In this document: positions 7,870 through 16,379 of the stretch, in pieces | Layout: every line of letters begins with the position of its first letter | Position numbering within the stretch: the first letter of the stretch is position 1 | From: Clostridia bacterium | GTDB taxonomy: Bacteria > Bacillota > Clostridia > Oscillospirales > QAMX01 | Reading direction: 5' to 3' | Assembly (NCBI GenBank): GCA_017533425.1 | Contig: JAFXIE010000109.1 | Coordinates: forward strand, 1-53,315 | Length of the DNA: 53,315 nt | Translations under genes and position numbers: made by a program | Notes under the pieces: generated by a model | Seen by the model: only the letters and a program-made list of their open reading frames with translations | What the model was told of the DNA's origin: nothing | The model's database searches: none

Positions 7870-7890
7870 TCATTTACTGCTGTGCTTATT

Positions 7891-8220
7891 TTATATTCCG
7901 AAATGGATGATCCATTTTTCTTCTCCTGCGGCGGTCTCGAGCAGTGCGCGGAAGGAGGCCGGATGCGCATGATCGGAAAGCAGGGCGGATATCCTCGCCG
8001 CGGTGGCGGGCGGGATGAGGGTGATGCCGGTGTAGGCAAGCCCCTTTGCCGGGACATCGGTGGAGTGCCAGTAAAAATCCAGCCCGGACAGGGCGGGGCA
8101 GAGGGACTCGATACAGGCATCCTCCACCCGGATGCAGGCATATTTTTCCGGCGTGTATGTATCGTAGCGCTGTCCCGGAAGGGGCGGCGCGGGCATAAGC
8201 CCGAATTCATGGGCGGCCAT
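7891..8220 (-). CDS. hypothetical protein (109 aa), translationally coupled to the WYL regulator
   Basis: Its ATG at 8220 overlaps the WYL gene stop (ATGGCCGCCCATGA). Reads MAAHEFGLMPAPPLPGQRYDTYTPEKYACIRVED...EKWIIHFGI. No family recognised. Confidence 0.55.
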   Translation of the reverse strand: MAAHEFGLMPAPPLPGQRYDTYTPEKYACIRVEDACIESLCPALSGLDFYWHSTDVPAKGLAYTGITLIPPATAARISALLSDHAHPASFRALLETAAGEEKWIIHFGI

Positions 8221-9214
8221 CGGGCAGATCTCCGTACATTCCGCCGACCCCGGCGAGATATTCCGCAAAGTCCTCCCGGATATCGGCGGGGGAGAGGATC
8301 TCCGCCTCGGTGCCGAAGCCAAAGACCCAGGCGAAAAACTGGGGGCTGACCACCACGTCCAGCGCGGCGTCAAAATCGCCGTCCGGGCGGGGAATGAGGG
8401 TGCAGTCCTCACCGAAGCGGTCGATGAGGGCGCCGGCAAGGTGGGCGGCAAAGCGGATGCGCACCCGGCGCTCCTCGCCGGTGAACATGCCGAAGGTTTT
8501 GGTGGTGTAGAGGGACGTATCGATGGTCTGAAAGACCTCGGCGCCCTCGCGGGGCTCCTCCGTTGTGCGGATATCGGCCATTTTGTCCACGCGGAAGTGT
8601 TTCATGCGGGCGGCCTCGCTGTCGTAGGCCAGCATGTAATAATTTTCATCGTCCCAGATGAGGGCGAAGGGGCTTAAGGCGTAGAGGGCGCCGTCCCGGC
8701 GGAAGATGCGCTCCCGCCGTGCATTGCGGGAAAAATAGCGGAAGGTGATGCGCCGGTTGGAAAGAATGGCGCCGGAGATCTCGTCCACGTTGTAATAGAC
8801 GCTTTCGTTCATGCTCTTGACGCGGTTGCGAACATAAACCTGGCGGGAGAGCTCCTTGGCCTGATGGGTGCTCGCAAGCCCTTCGATCTTCTCAATGAGG
8901 GCGAGGGTCTTCTGCCGGGTGATGAAGCGGGAGGACTGCACGCTGTCCACCAGCAGCTTGAGCTCCGGCAGCTCAAATTCCCGCGAACCGATGTAATAGC
9001 CCGTGCGGCGCCCCTTGGTGCAGATGACATCCAGCCCGAAGGTGCGCAGCGCCTCCATATCGTCATAAAGGCTCTTGCGCTCGGCGGAGATGCCGCAGGC
9101 GGAAAGAGCCTCCGTCAGCTCCGCGAGGGTCATGGGATGGGCCTCGTCGGTGCGCTCGGTGAGAATTTTTGCAAGCCAGAGAAGCTTGAGCTTCTGATTG
9201 GGGGATTTCGGCAT
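8207..9214 (-). CDS. WYL-domain transcriptional regulator (N-terminal HTH, WYL, C-terminal extension)
   Basis: HTH segment is MTLAELTEALSACGISAERKSLYDDMEALRTFG. WYL-type core is ITFRYFS...NYYMLAYD...HFRVDKM. Confidence 0.85.
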   Translation of the reverse strand: MPKSPNQKLKLLWLAKILTERTDEAHPMTLAELTEALSACGISAERKSLYDDMEALRTFGLDVICTKGRRTGYYIGSREFELPELKLLVDSVQSSRFITRQKTLALIEKIEGLASTHQAKELSRQVYVRNRVKSMNESVYYNVDEISGAILSNRRITFRYFSRNARRERIFRRDGALYALSPFALIWDDENYYMLAYDSEAARMKHFRVDKMADIRTTEEPREGAEVFQTIDTSLYTTKTFGMFTGEERRVRIRFAAHLAGALIDRFGEDCTLIPRPDGDFDAALDVVVSPQFFAWVFGFGTEAEILSPADIREDFAEYLAGVGGMYGDLPDGRP

Positions 9215-10521
9215 CAGTCGGTGAGGGTGAAGGTGCAGATCTGCTGGCGGCGCATCTCTGTGCCGGGCATATCGCGGGTGTAGGCAACCTTTTTACCGTC
9301 CGGGGAGACCACCACGGGCCCGCCGTGGATGGGATGTGCGCCGGGGGCCAGCAGAATGTCGGTATAGCCCTCCTCCATATGGGTGCGCACCAGCTGTCCG
9401 CCGGCGGCATAGTACATATAGAGACCGTCGGGGGAGAGGGACATCTGGCTTTCGGCGCTGAAGGTGTTGCGGGAGACCTGCACCACGCGGCCGGTGGCAA
9501 TTTCTGCCTTGAAGGCCTGCAGAATGCCCGCATCATCCATGGCAAAGAAGGCCACCCAGCGGCCGTCGGGGGTGGTACGCAGCCAGTGGCGGGTGCCGCG
9601 GATGCCGGGGATCTTCCGCTCGGAGAGATGGGTCAGGCGGATCTGCTCGCAGCCGGCGGGAGGCAGCGGACGGGTTCTCTCCGTGCCGGTCATGGGGCCG
9701 TCGCCGTCGCGGATTTCTCCCTCGGGCAGGTGGATGAGGAAAACCTCCTGCACCGGCTCGCCGTCCTTTGAACGCACCTCGCCGATGGCGGCCAGGGCGT
9801 GGGCATGGCGGATGCCGCAGGCATCCACATAGCCGTTGCGGCCGATGAAGGTCTCCTCCTCGCAGGTGCGGATCTCATCGCTTCCGGGCTTGGGGTCGGA
9901 ATGCAGCCGCGCAACCACATAGGTGAAGGCGGAGCCGCTGTGGTTTCCGGGAAGATCGGGCACGGAAACGGGGGTATCCAGAATGTTGACCTGCACATTG
10001 CGCAGGTTTGCCTCTCCCTCGTGGCCGTCGTGCTCCACCTGCAGGCGGTGGCAGACGGCGTCGTCATAGGTGTCGCTGATATACCGTCCGTCCGGGGAGA
10101 AAACGTGTACATGGGAGCCGCCGCGCAGGGCGCCGGGGGTGTAGGGCGCATGGATATCGCGGGCGTCGATGTTGCAGAAGTCGGTCATGTCATCGAGGTT
10201 CACGATGCCGCCCTGACGGCAGGTGAGATGGTATTTTCCGTTGATCTCCGGATGATCCAGACCCTTGATGAAGCAGGCCTTGCGCTCGGTGGGGTGGCAG
10301 GTGACCACCGCGCCCCGGGCGCCGGTATCGTTTTTGTAGACAAGGCGGATATTCCCCGTATCGCAGCTGACCGATTCGATGACGGATTCATCCTGGTTGC
10401 GGCCGCGGGTGCGGGTATCGTAGAGAATCTCCGCGGAATCGCAGGAGAAGACGTTGGTGCAGGTCAGCTGATGGTCGTAATCACCGGAGGTGAGAATGCG
10501 CTCATAGCCAAAGCTTTTCAT
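9214..10521 (-). CDS. DUF3748-like beta-propeller protein (E. coli YidR-like)
   Basis: The motif APYTPGALRGGSHVHVFSPDG and repeated SPDG blades match my recollection of YidR/DUF3748. The stop overlaps the WYL start (TGATG). Confidence 0.6.
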   Translation of the reverse strand: MKSFGYERILTSGDYDHQLTCTNVFSCDSAEILYDTRTRGRNQDESVIESVSCDTGNIRLVYKNDTGARGAVVTCHPTERKACFIKGLDHPEINGKYHLTCRQGGIVNLDDMTDFCNIDARDIHAPYTPGALRGGSHVHVFSPDGRYISDTYDDAVCHRLQVEHDGHEGEANLRNVQVNILDTPVSVPDLPGNHSGSAFTYVVARLHSDPKPGSDEIRTCEEETFIGRNGYVDACGIRHAHALAAIGEVRSKDGEPVQEVFLIHLPEGEIRDGDGPMTGTERTRPLPPAGCEQIRLTHLSERKIPGIRGTRHWLRTTPDGRWVAFFAMDDAGILQAFKAEIATGRVVQVSRNTFSAESQMSLSPDGLYMYYAAGGQLVRTHMEEGYTDILLAPGAHPIHGGPVVVSPDGKKVAYTRDMPGTEMRRQQICTFTLTD

Positions 10522-10533
10522 AGGGAGCCTCCT

Positions 10534-11529
10534 TTAGCCGACAATGGCCCGGATGCGGGCGCAGACCTCGTCGGAGGGGATGTATGTGCCGGCGACGGCA
10601 TTCTGCTCCAGCTGCGCAACGGTGGAGGCAGCGGGAATGACAGGACCCATGCCGGGCAGGGTCATCATATAGGAAAGGGTGAGCTGCGCCATGGTAACTC
10701 CCTCTGCGGCGGCGATTTCGCCCAGGGCGCGGAGCTTCTCAAAGACCTCCGGACCGTAGGAGGCGAGGGTGTTTTCGTCCACCAGGCGGTTGCCGGCGCC
10801 CACGGCGGCGGGGTCGTTGTACCGGCCGGTGAGCAGGCCGCAGGCCAGGGGACTCCAGGCAATGTAGGAAAGCCCCTCCTCGGCGCAGAGGGAGAGCACG
10901 CCGGGCTTGTCGGCGGCTTCCTTTGCGATGATGTCGTAGCGGTTCTGAATGGCCACGGGACGGCAGCGGCGGGACATCTGCCCCGAAATGCGCAGATTAT
11001 CGCGGATGCCGTCGGCGGTGTAGTTGGAAACGGCGAAATAGCGCACGATATCCTCCCGCACGAGATCCTCCACCGCCTCAAGGCTTTCCTCCAGGGGGGT
11101 GGTGGGATCCGGCCAGTGGAAATAGAGCAGGTCGATATAGTCAAGGTTCATGCGATCCATGCTGGCATAGACCGATTCAATGATATTGGTGCGGGAAAGA
11201 CCGGCGTGGTTGGGGGTTTTTCCGTCCATCTCGCCGGCCAGCTTGGTGGCGAGGACGATATCCCGGCGGCTCTCGGGATGGGCGGCAAACCACTCGCCGA
11301 TGACCCGCTCGGAATTGCCCGTGCCGAAATTATAGCGGTTGGCCGTGTCCCAGAAGGTGACGCCCAGCTCCAGCGCACGGTCGAAAATGCGCATGGCCTC
11401 CTCCCGGCCGACGCGGGAGGCATCCCCCGTCTCCGGATAGCCGAATTTCCAGGTTCCGAGACCGACGCTTGAAACCTTCAGGCCGCTGCCGCCAAGGCTT
11501 TTATACGGCATACCGTTGAATGCACCCAT
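10534..11529 (-). CDS. aldo/keto reductase
   Basis: LGTWKFG...FWDTANRY...DLLYFHWPD motifs. ATG at 11529 with GGAGG 9 nt upstream. The longer ORF-track N-terminus is rejected. Confidence 0.9.
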   Translation of the reverse strand: MGAFNGMPYKSLGGSGLKVSSVGLGTWKFGYPETGDASRVGREEAMRIFDRALELGVTFWDTANRYNFGTGNSERVIGEWFAAHPESRRDIVLATKLAGEMDGKTPNHAGLSRTNIIESVYASMDRMNLDYIDLLYFHWPDPTTPLEESLEAVEDLVREDIVRYFAVSNYTADGIRDNLRISGQMSRRCRPVAIQNRYDIIAKEAADKPGVLSLCAEEGLSYIAWSPLACGLLTGRYNDPAAVGAGNRLVDENTLASYGPEVFEKLRALGEIAAAEGVTMAQLTLSYMMTLPGMGPVIPAASTVAQLEQNAVAGTYIPSDEVCARIRAIVG

Positions 11530-11736
11530 GATACATGACCTCCAGAAAATATGAAATCGGGCAGAGAAATACAATTTGCTCTTTAAGGCAATTATAGCAA
11601 ACGCCCCGGCAAAAAACAACCGTTCCGGCGGAAAAAGCCCGCCTTTTTCCATCTGCAGACCGGGCGTCGGCCCTTTGCATAGGATGATGTGAAGCGGCCG
11701 CTTTGTATATGCTTTAGGAAAGGATGTAGACAGGTA

Positions 11737-11907
11737 ATGTATCAGCAAAATCCCGGCATGTATCCTCCTCTGCAGCTGGCCATCGCAACGGTTCCCTCCC
11801 AGCGGTACGAAAAGCTCTATCCCGTGGAAAAGGCGCTGTCCCGGGGTACACTCTTTGAGGCGCTGTATCTGCCCTTTGAAGGGGGACGGGAGGGTCGCCA
11901 TGTATAA
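11737..11907 (+). CDS. cotJA: spore coat-associated protein CotJA
   Basis: MYQQNPGMYPPLQLAIATVPSQRYEKLYPVEKALSRGTLFEALYLPF is a typical CotJA sequence. Confidence 0.85.
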   Translation: MYQQNPGMYPPLQLAIATVPSQRYEKLYPVEKALSRGTLFEALYLPFEGGREGRHV

Positions 11908-12163
11908 CGGAAATGCCGGAGCCCGCAATCTCCTGCGCGAGATTGACGATGTCAGCTTTGCCATGGATGAGGTGCGCCTCTTTTTGGATACCCATCCCAA
12001 GGATACCGAGGCGCTGGCGAATTTTATCGCCCTGCGCAAAAAGCGGGAGGGGCTGCTGGAGGAATACCGGGCTGCCTACGGCCCCATTTGCGCCTACAGC
12101 GCCGGCGGCCGCACCGCATGGAACTGGGTGGAGGGCCCCTGGCCCTGGGAAGGAGAGGCATAA
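11900..12163 (+). CDS. cotJB: spore coat protein CotJB
   Basis: LLREIDDVSFAMDEVRLFLDTHP motif. The start overlaps the cotJA stop. Confidence 0.85.
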   Translation: MYNGNAGARNLLREIDDVSFAMDEVRLFLDTHPKDTEALANFIALRKKREGLLEEYRAAYGPICAYSAGGRTAWNWVEGPWPWEGEA

Positions 12164-12166
12164 AGT

Positions 12167-12775
12167 ATGTGGACCTATGAGAGAAGACTGCAGTACCCCG
12201 TAAAGATCAAATGCCCCAACGCCGCCGCGGCCAAGGTGATCATCTCCCAGTACGGCGGCCCGGACGGTGAGATGGGGGCGAGCATGCGCTATCTTTCCCA
12301 GCGCTATGCCATGCCCTACCGCCCGGCAGCCGGACTTCTCACCGACATCGGCACGGAGGAGCTGGCGCACCTCGAAATTGTGGCGGCCATCGTCCATCAG
12401 CTCACCCGCAACCTGACCCCGGCGGAGATCAAGGCGCAGGGCTTTGCGGATTATTATGTGGATCACACCGTCGGCATCTGGCCGCAGGCGGCGGGCGGGG
12501 TGCCCTTCAGCGCCACCGCCTTCCAGTCCAAGGGGGATCCCATCACCGACCTTGTGGAGGATATGGGCGCCGAGCAGAAGGCGCGCACCACCTACGATAA
12601 CATCCTCCGCCTGATGGACGATCCCGATGTCATCGATCCCATCCGCTATCTGCGCCAGCGGGAAATTGTGCACTTCCAGCGCTTCGGTGAGGCCCTCGGC
12701 ATGGTTCGGGAGCATCTCAACCCGCGCAATATCTATGCCTGCAATCCCGCCTTCGACAAGGGCTGCGGAAAATAA
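12167..12775 (+). CDS. cotJC: manganese-catalase-family spore coat protein CotJC
   Basis: QYGGPDGEMGASMRYLSQRY and EELAHLEIV motifs. Confidence 0.9.
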   Translation: MWTYERRLQYPVKIKCPNAAAAKVIISQYGGPDGEMGASMRYLSQRYAMPYRPAAGLLTDIGTEELAHLEIVAAIVHQLTRNLTPAEIKAQGFADYYVDHTVGIWPQAAGGVPFSATAFQSKGDPITDLVEDMGAEQKARTTYDNILRLMDDPDVIDPIRYLRQREIVHFQRFGEALGMVREHLNPRNIYACNPAFDKGCGK

Positions 12776-12789
12776 GAGAATACCCTCCG

Positions 12790-12826
12790 GAGGGCGGCAG
12801 GCGTGCCGCCCTCTGTCCTTTTTTCT
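12790..12826 (+). terminator. rho-independent terminator after cotJC
   Basis: Stem gagggcggc / gccgccctc, then tgtccttttttc. Confidence 0.7.
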
Positions 12827-12854
12827 TGCGAAACGGCTGTGCGCGTGGTACAAT
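12826..12854 (+). promoter_or_regulatory. promoter of the SGNH hydrolase gene
   Basis: TTGCGA, 17 nt, TGgTACAAT (extended -10). Confidence 0.5.
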
Positions 12855-12882
12855 AAAGGAAAGAAAACCGGGAGGGTCGTTC

Positions 12883-13560
12883 ATGTCCTTTGATGAATTG
12901 AAGAAAAACACCGTTTCCGCCCGGGAGCAAATGGCAGACCTCGCCCACATCCGCTTTTTGGGGGCGGAAAATGCGGGACTGCGTATCCTGATTGCAGGCA
13001 ATTCCATCACCCTCCACGGTCCCAAGGCAAGCATTGGCTGGCAGGGGGACTGGGGCATGGCGGCGTCTGCGGCGGATAAGGACTTCGTCCATCTTTTATG
13101 CCGCGAGGTTCTTCGGCTGCGAAATGATGCCGGTTTCTGCATCTGCCAGGCCTCGGATTGGGAAACACACTACCGGAATCCGGAGGGCTGCACGGCGGAT
13201 TTTTCTCCGGCGGTGGATTTTGGAGCGGATATCCTTGTGCTGCGGCTGGTGGAAAACTGCCCGACGAAGGATTTTCAGCCCGACATCTTCCGACAGTCCC
13301 TGCAGCGCTTTGCGGAGAGCTTTGGCGCCGGGCACGTGGTGGCTACCACCGGCTTTTGGCGGCATCCGGCGGATGAAAGCATCCGACAGCTTGCCGCGGC
13401 GGAGGGCTGGAGCCTTGTGGAGCTGGGCGATCTTGGCCAGCGGGATGATATGAAGGCCGTCGGCCTCTTTGAACATACCGGCGTTGCCGCCCATCCCGGC
13501 GATGCAGGGATGGAAGCCATCGCCCGCCGCATTCTGAATGCCCTGATTCCCATCATCTGA
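12883..13560 (+). CDS. SGNH/GDSL-family hydrolase
   Basis: ILIAGNSIT block I and a C-terminal HPGDAG block. ATG at 12883 with GGGAGG upstream. Confidence 0.75.
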   Translation: MSFDELKKNTVSAREQMADLAHIRFLGAENAGLRILIAGNSITLHGPKASIGWQGDWGMAASAADKDFVHLLCREVLRLRNDAGFCICQASDWETHYRNPEGCTADFSPAVDFGADILVLRLVENCPTKDFQPDIFRQSLQRFAESFGAGHVVATTGFWRHPADESIRQLAAAEGWSLVELGDLGQRDDMKAVGLFEHTGVAAHPGDAGMEAIARRILNALIPII

Positions 13561-13607
13561 TGCGCATTTTTCATACACTGACCGATTAGCAGATAAAGGA
13601 AGAAAAC

Positions 13608-14534
13608 ATGATCTACACAGTTACCTTAAATCCCGCCATCGACAAGACGGCGGTTATATCCGGCTTCCGCGCCGGGACACTCAACCGCATGGAGAGCCTG
13701 CGGGCGGATGTGGGCGGCAAGGGCATCAATGTTTCCCGCTGCCTTTCCGCCCTTGGGGCGGAGAGCACGGCCGTGGTCATTCTTGCGGGCGGTGCAGGAC
13801 GGAAATGCCGGGAATATCTGGAGGGCGCCGGCATCGGCGTGCTCTGCAGGGAGGTGCCGGGGGAGACCCGCACCAATCTGAAGATCGTCGACCCCGCCCG
13901 GGGAGAGAATACCGATATCAACGAGCCGGGGCCGGAGGTGCCGGCGGAGGTGCTTGCGGGGCTGTGCGCAGAGCTCTGCGAGCGCCTGCAGGCGGGAGAT
14001 ATCGTTGTGCTCTCCGGCAGCCTGCCCAAGGGTACCGACAAGGGGCTGTATGCCGCCTGGTGCGAGGCGCTGTCCGCCCGGGGCGCCCGGGTGATCCTGG
14101 ATGCCGACGGCGAGGCGCTGCGCCTGGGGCTTGCGGCAAAGCCCTGGCTCATCAAGCCAAATCATGAGGAGCTTTCCGCCCTCTGCGGCATCAAGGCCGA
14201 GGAGGAGGCGCTGCTTGCGGCCGGCAAAGAGCTGCAGGCCGCCGGAATTTCCCGGGTGGTCATCTCCCGGGGCGGCGCGGGGGCGATTTTCCTTGCGGAG
14301 GCAGGCGCCTTTTGCGCAGAACCCCTTTCCGTGCCGGTGAAGAGCACCGTCGGCGCCGGAGATTCCATGGTGGCTGCCCTGGCCTATGCCGCCGAGCGGG
14401 GGCTGGATGCGGAGGAGACGGTACGCCTTTCCATGGCCATGGGCGCGGCCTCTGTCATGCTGCCCGGCACCGATGCGCCGGATATGGACACGGTGCGCAG
14501 CCTTTCGGAAAAAGTGCGCATAAAAAATCTCTGA
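13608..14534 (+). CDS. pfkB: 1-phosphofructokinase-family hexose kinase (PfkB family)
   Basis: MIYTVTLNPAIDKT, GGKGINVS and GAGDSMVAA motifs. Confidence 0.9.
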   Translation: MIYTVTLNPAIDKTAVISGFRAGTLNRMESLRADVGGKGINVSRCLSALGAESTAVVILAGGAGRKCREYLEGAGIGVLCREVPGETRTNLKIVDPARGENTDINEPGPEVPAEVLAGLCAELCERLQAGDIVVLSGSLPKGTDKGLYAAWCEALSARGARVILDADGEALRLGLAAKPWLIKPNHEELSALCGIKAEEEALLAAGKELQAAGISRVVISRGGAGAIFLAEAGAFCAEPLSVPVKSTVGAGDSMVAALAYAAERGLDAEETVRLSMAMGAASVMLPGTDAPDMDTVRSLSEKVRIKNL

Positions 14535-14541
14535 AAAACTC

Positions 14542-14570
14542 TTGTAATGCGCCCGGTTTCCCCGTATAAT
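14542..14570 (+). promoter_or_regulatory. promoter of the yegP-like gene
   Basis: TTGTAA, 17 nt, TATAAT. Confidence 0.5.
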
Positions 14571-14606
14571 AGATATATACCTTTAAAAAATGAGGAGGAT
14601 CAAAAC

Positions 14607-14975
14607 ATGGGTAAGTTTGTGATTCGCGAGACCGCTTCGGGCTTTAAGTTCGATCTGAAGGCCGCTAACGGACAGGTTGTTGCCACCTCGGAGGTCTATG
14701 CAACCCTCGCCGCCTGCAAGAACGGCGTTGAGAGCGTGCAGAAGAATGCCCCCGTGGCCGGTGTTGAGAACCAGACCAAGGAAGGCTATGAGACGGTCAA
14801 GCATCCCAAGTTCGAGGTCTACACCGACAAAGCCGGTGAGTACCGCTTCCGCCTGAAGGCCACCAATGGTGAGATCATCGCCGTCAGCGAGGGCTACAAG
14901 GCTGAGGACAGCTGCCTCAACGGCATCGAATCCACCAAAAAGAACGCCGCAGAGGCTGAGGTCGTTACCGAGTAA
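14607..14975 (+). CDS. YegP-family protein (two DUF1508 repeats)
   Basis: Duplicated F.F.LKA.NG..I..SE.Y....... pattern. RBS GAGGAGG. Confidence 0.85.
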   Translation: MGKFVIRETASGFKFDLKAANGQVVATSEVYATLAACKNGVESVQKNAPVAGVENQTKEGYETVKHPKFEVYTDKAGEYRFRLKATNGEIIAVSEGYKAEDSCLNGIESTKKNAAEAEVVTE

Positions 14976-14999
14976 GCCGAAAGCGCAGATCCCCTTTCC

Positions 15000-15030
15000 G
15001 GGCAGCAGATTTCTGCTGCCCACTTTTTTT
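15000..15030 (+). terminator. rho-independent terminator
   Basis: gggcagcag-attt-ctgctgccc, then acTTTTTTT. Confidence 0.85.
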
Positions 15031-15041
15031 GCCTCCTCCCC

Positions 15042-15070
15042 TTGACAAAGGAAAAAAAGAATGATATCAT
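15042..15070 (+). promoter_or_regulatory. promoter of the SPFH-Arc operon
   Basis: TTGACA (15042-15047), 17 nt, TATCAT (15065-15070). Confidence 0.55.
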
Positions 15071-15080
15071 TATGATATCA
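15061..15080. promoter_or_regulatory. tandem palindromic operator candidate
   Basis: ATGATATCA at 15061-15069 and 15072-15080. Each contains the palindrome TGATATCA. The centres are 11 bp apart and overlap the -10 element. Confidence 0.5.
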
Positions 15081-15106
15081 CAAAGATTTCCAAGGGAGGA
15101 AGAATC

Positions 15107-16129
15107 ATGAAAGAAATTGTTTTGACGCAGAAAAAGAACGGTATGCTCGTCATGCTTTTGACCATTCTGCTTTGGCTTGTATCCATCGCCGGCGTTGTTT
15201 TCGGCGGGATGATGATGGATGCCGGCGTGGGCATTGTGGGCGTTCCGGTCTTTGTTATCAGCATGATCTGGATGTGCCTTGGCTGGATCCCCCTGCTGGG
15301 ACTGAAGGTCGTCGGCCCGCAGGAGGCGCTGGTGCTCACCCTCTTTGGCAAGTATGTCGGCACCCTGAAGGGGGACGGCTTCTTCTTTGTCAATCCCTTC
15401 TGCACCGCCGTCAACCCTGCCGCCAAGACCAAGCTCAACCAGAGCGGCGATGTGGACAGCGGCGCCAAGCGCACCCCGGTCGGCACCGTGAACGGCCAGT
15501 CGGTGGAGATGGTCAATAAGAAGATCTCCCTGAAGGCCATGACCCTCAACAACAGCCGCCAGAAGATCAACGACTGCCTGGGCAACCCCGTGGAGATCGG
15601 CATCGCCGTCATCTGGCGGGTGGTGGACACGGCGAAGGCCGTCTTTGAGGTGGATAACTACAAGGAATATCTTTCCCTGCAGTGCGACAGCGCCCTGCGC
15701 AACATCGTCCGCCTCTACCCGTATGATATCGCGCCCAACGTGGATACCACCGGCGACGGTGTGGCCGATGAGGGCAGCCTCCGCGGCTCCAGCGAGGTGG
15801 TGGCCGGCCGCATCAAGGATGAAATTCAGCAGAAGGTGGCCGCCGCCGGTCTGGAGATCATCGAGGCGCGCATCACCTATCTTGCCTACGCCCCGGAGAT
15901 CGCCGCCGTCATGCTGCAGCGTCAGCAGGCCTCTGCCATCATCGATGCCCGCAAGATGATCGTGGACGGCGCCGTCGGCATGGTGGAAATGGCGCTGGAG
16001 CGCCTCAATGAGAAGGAAATTGTCCATCTGGATGAGGAGCGCAAGGCTGCCATGGTCTCCAACCTCCTCGTGGTGCTTTGCGGAAACCACGATGCACAGC
16101 CCGTGGTCAATTCCGGCAGCCTGTATTGA
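15107..16129 (+). CDS. SPFH/band-7 domain membrane protein
   Basis: N-terminal TM segments followed by a stomatin/prohibitin-like core ([23 protein letters not shown]). Confidence 0.85.
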   Translation: MKEIVLTQKKNGMLVMLLTILLWLVSIAGVVFGGMMMDAGVGIVGVPVFVISMIWMCLGWIPLLGLKVVGPQEALVLTLFGKYVGTLKGDGFFFVNPFCTAVNPAAKTKLNQSGDVDSGAKRTPVGTVNGQSVEMVNKKISLKAMTLNNSRQKINDCLGNPVEIGIAVIWRVVDTAKAVFEVDNYKEYLSLQCDSALRNIVRLYPYDIAPNVDTTGDGVADEGSLRGSSEVVAGRIKDEIQQKVAAAGLEIIEARITYLAYAPEIAAVMLQRQQASAIIDARKMIVDGAVGMVEMALERLNEKEIVHLDEERKAAMVSNLLVVLCGNHDAQPVVNSGSLY

Positions 16130-16326
16130 TGGACGGCGATAAGAAGCAGGTTCCCCTGCGCCTGTCGGCAAAGCTTTATGCCGCCATTGCGGCCTGGGCG
16201 GAGGATGATTTCCGCTCGGTCAACGGGCAGATCGAATATCTGCTGACGGAATGCGTCCGCCAGCGCAAAAAGGACGGAAAATACGTCTCCGAGGAGCTGG
16301 ATAAGCCCATCGAACTGGATATCTGA
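16129..16326 (+). CDS. Arc/ribbon-helix-helix family DNA-binding protein
   Basis: The ATG overlaps the SPFH stop (TGATG). [32 protein letters not shown] fits a beta-strand plus two helices RHH pattern. Confidence 0.7.
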   Translation: MDGDKKQVPLRLSAKLYAAIAAWAEDDFRSVNGQIEYLLTECVRQRKKDGKYVSEELDKPIELDI

Positions 16327-16331
16327 AAGGT

Positions 16332-16360
16332 GCCCGGCAGAGCCCTGTGCTCTGCCGGGC
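16332..16360 (+). terminator. hairpin after the Arc-like gene
   Basis: 12-bp stem gcccggcagagc / gctctgccgggc with a poor T-run. Confidence 0.45.
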
Positions 16361-16379
16361 CTGTCATTTGCGGCGGGGA

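Noticed and set aside
7014-8210. 398-aa minus-strand ORF overlapping the quinone oxidoreductase gene
   Set aside because: It is mostly antisense to a well-supported MDR gene. Only the separate frame 7891-8220 downstream of the WYL gene looks protein-like.
9799-11472. 557-aa ORF on the plus strand across the DUF3748 and AKR genes
   Set aside because: Antisense shadow ORF. The composition is typical of the reverse frame of high-GC genes, and both genes opposite it have clear family motifs.
11530-11736. Sporulation sigma-factor (sigE/sigK-type) promoter upstream of cotJA
   Set aside because: I could not find a convincing match to either consensus by eye. It is left uncalled rather than guessed.
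13608-14534. pfkB as part of a fructose PTS operon
   Set aside because: No fruR or fruA neighbours are present. The gene appears to stand alone between an SGNH hydrolase and a yegP-like gene, which is unremarkable without further data.
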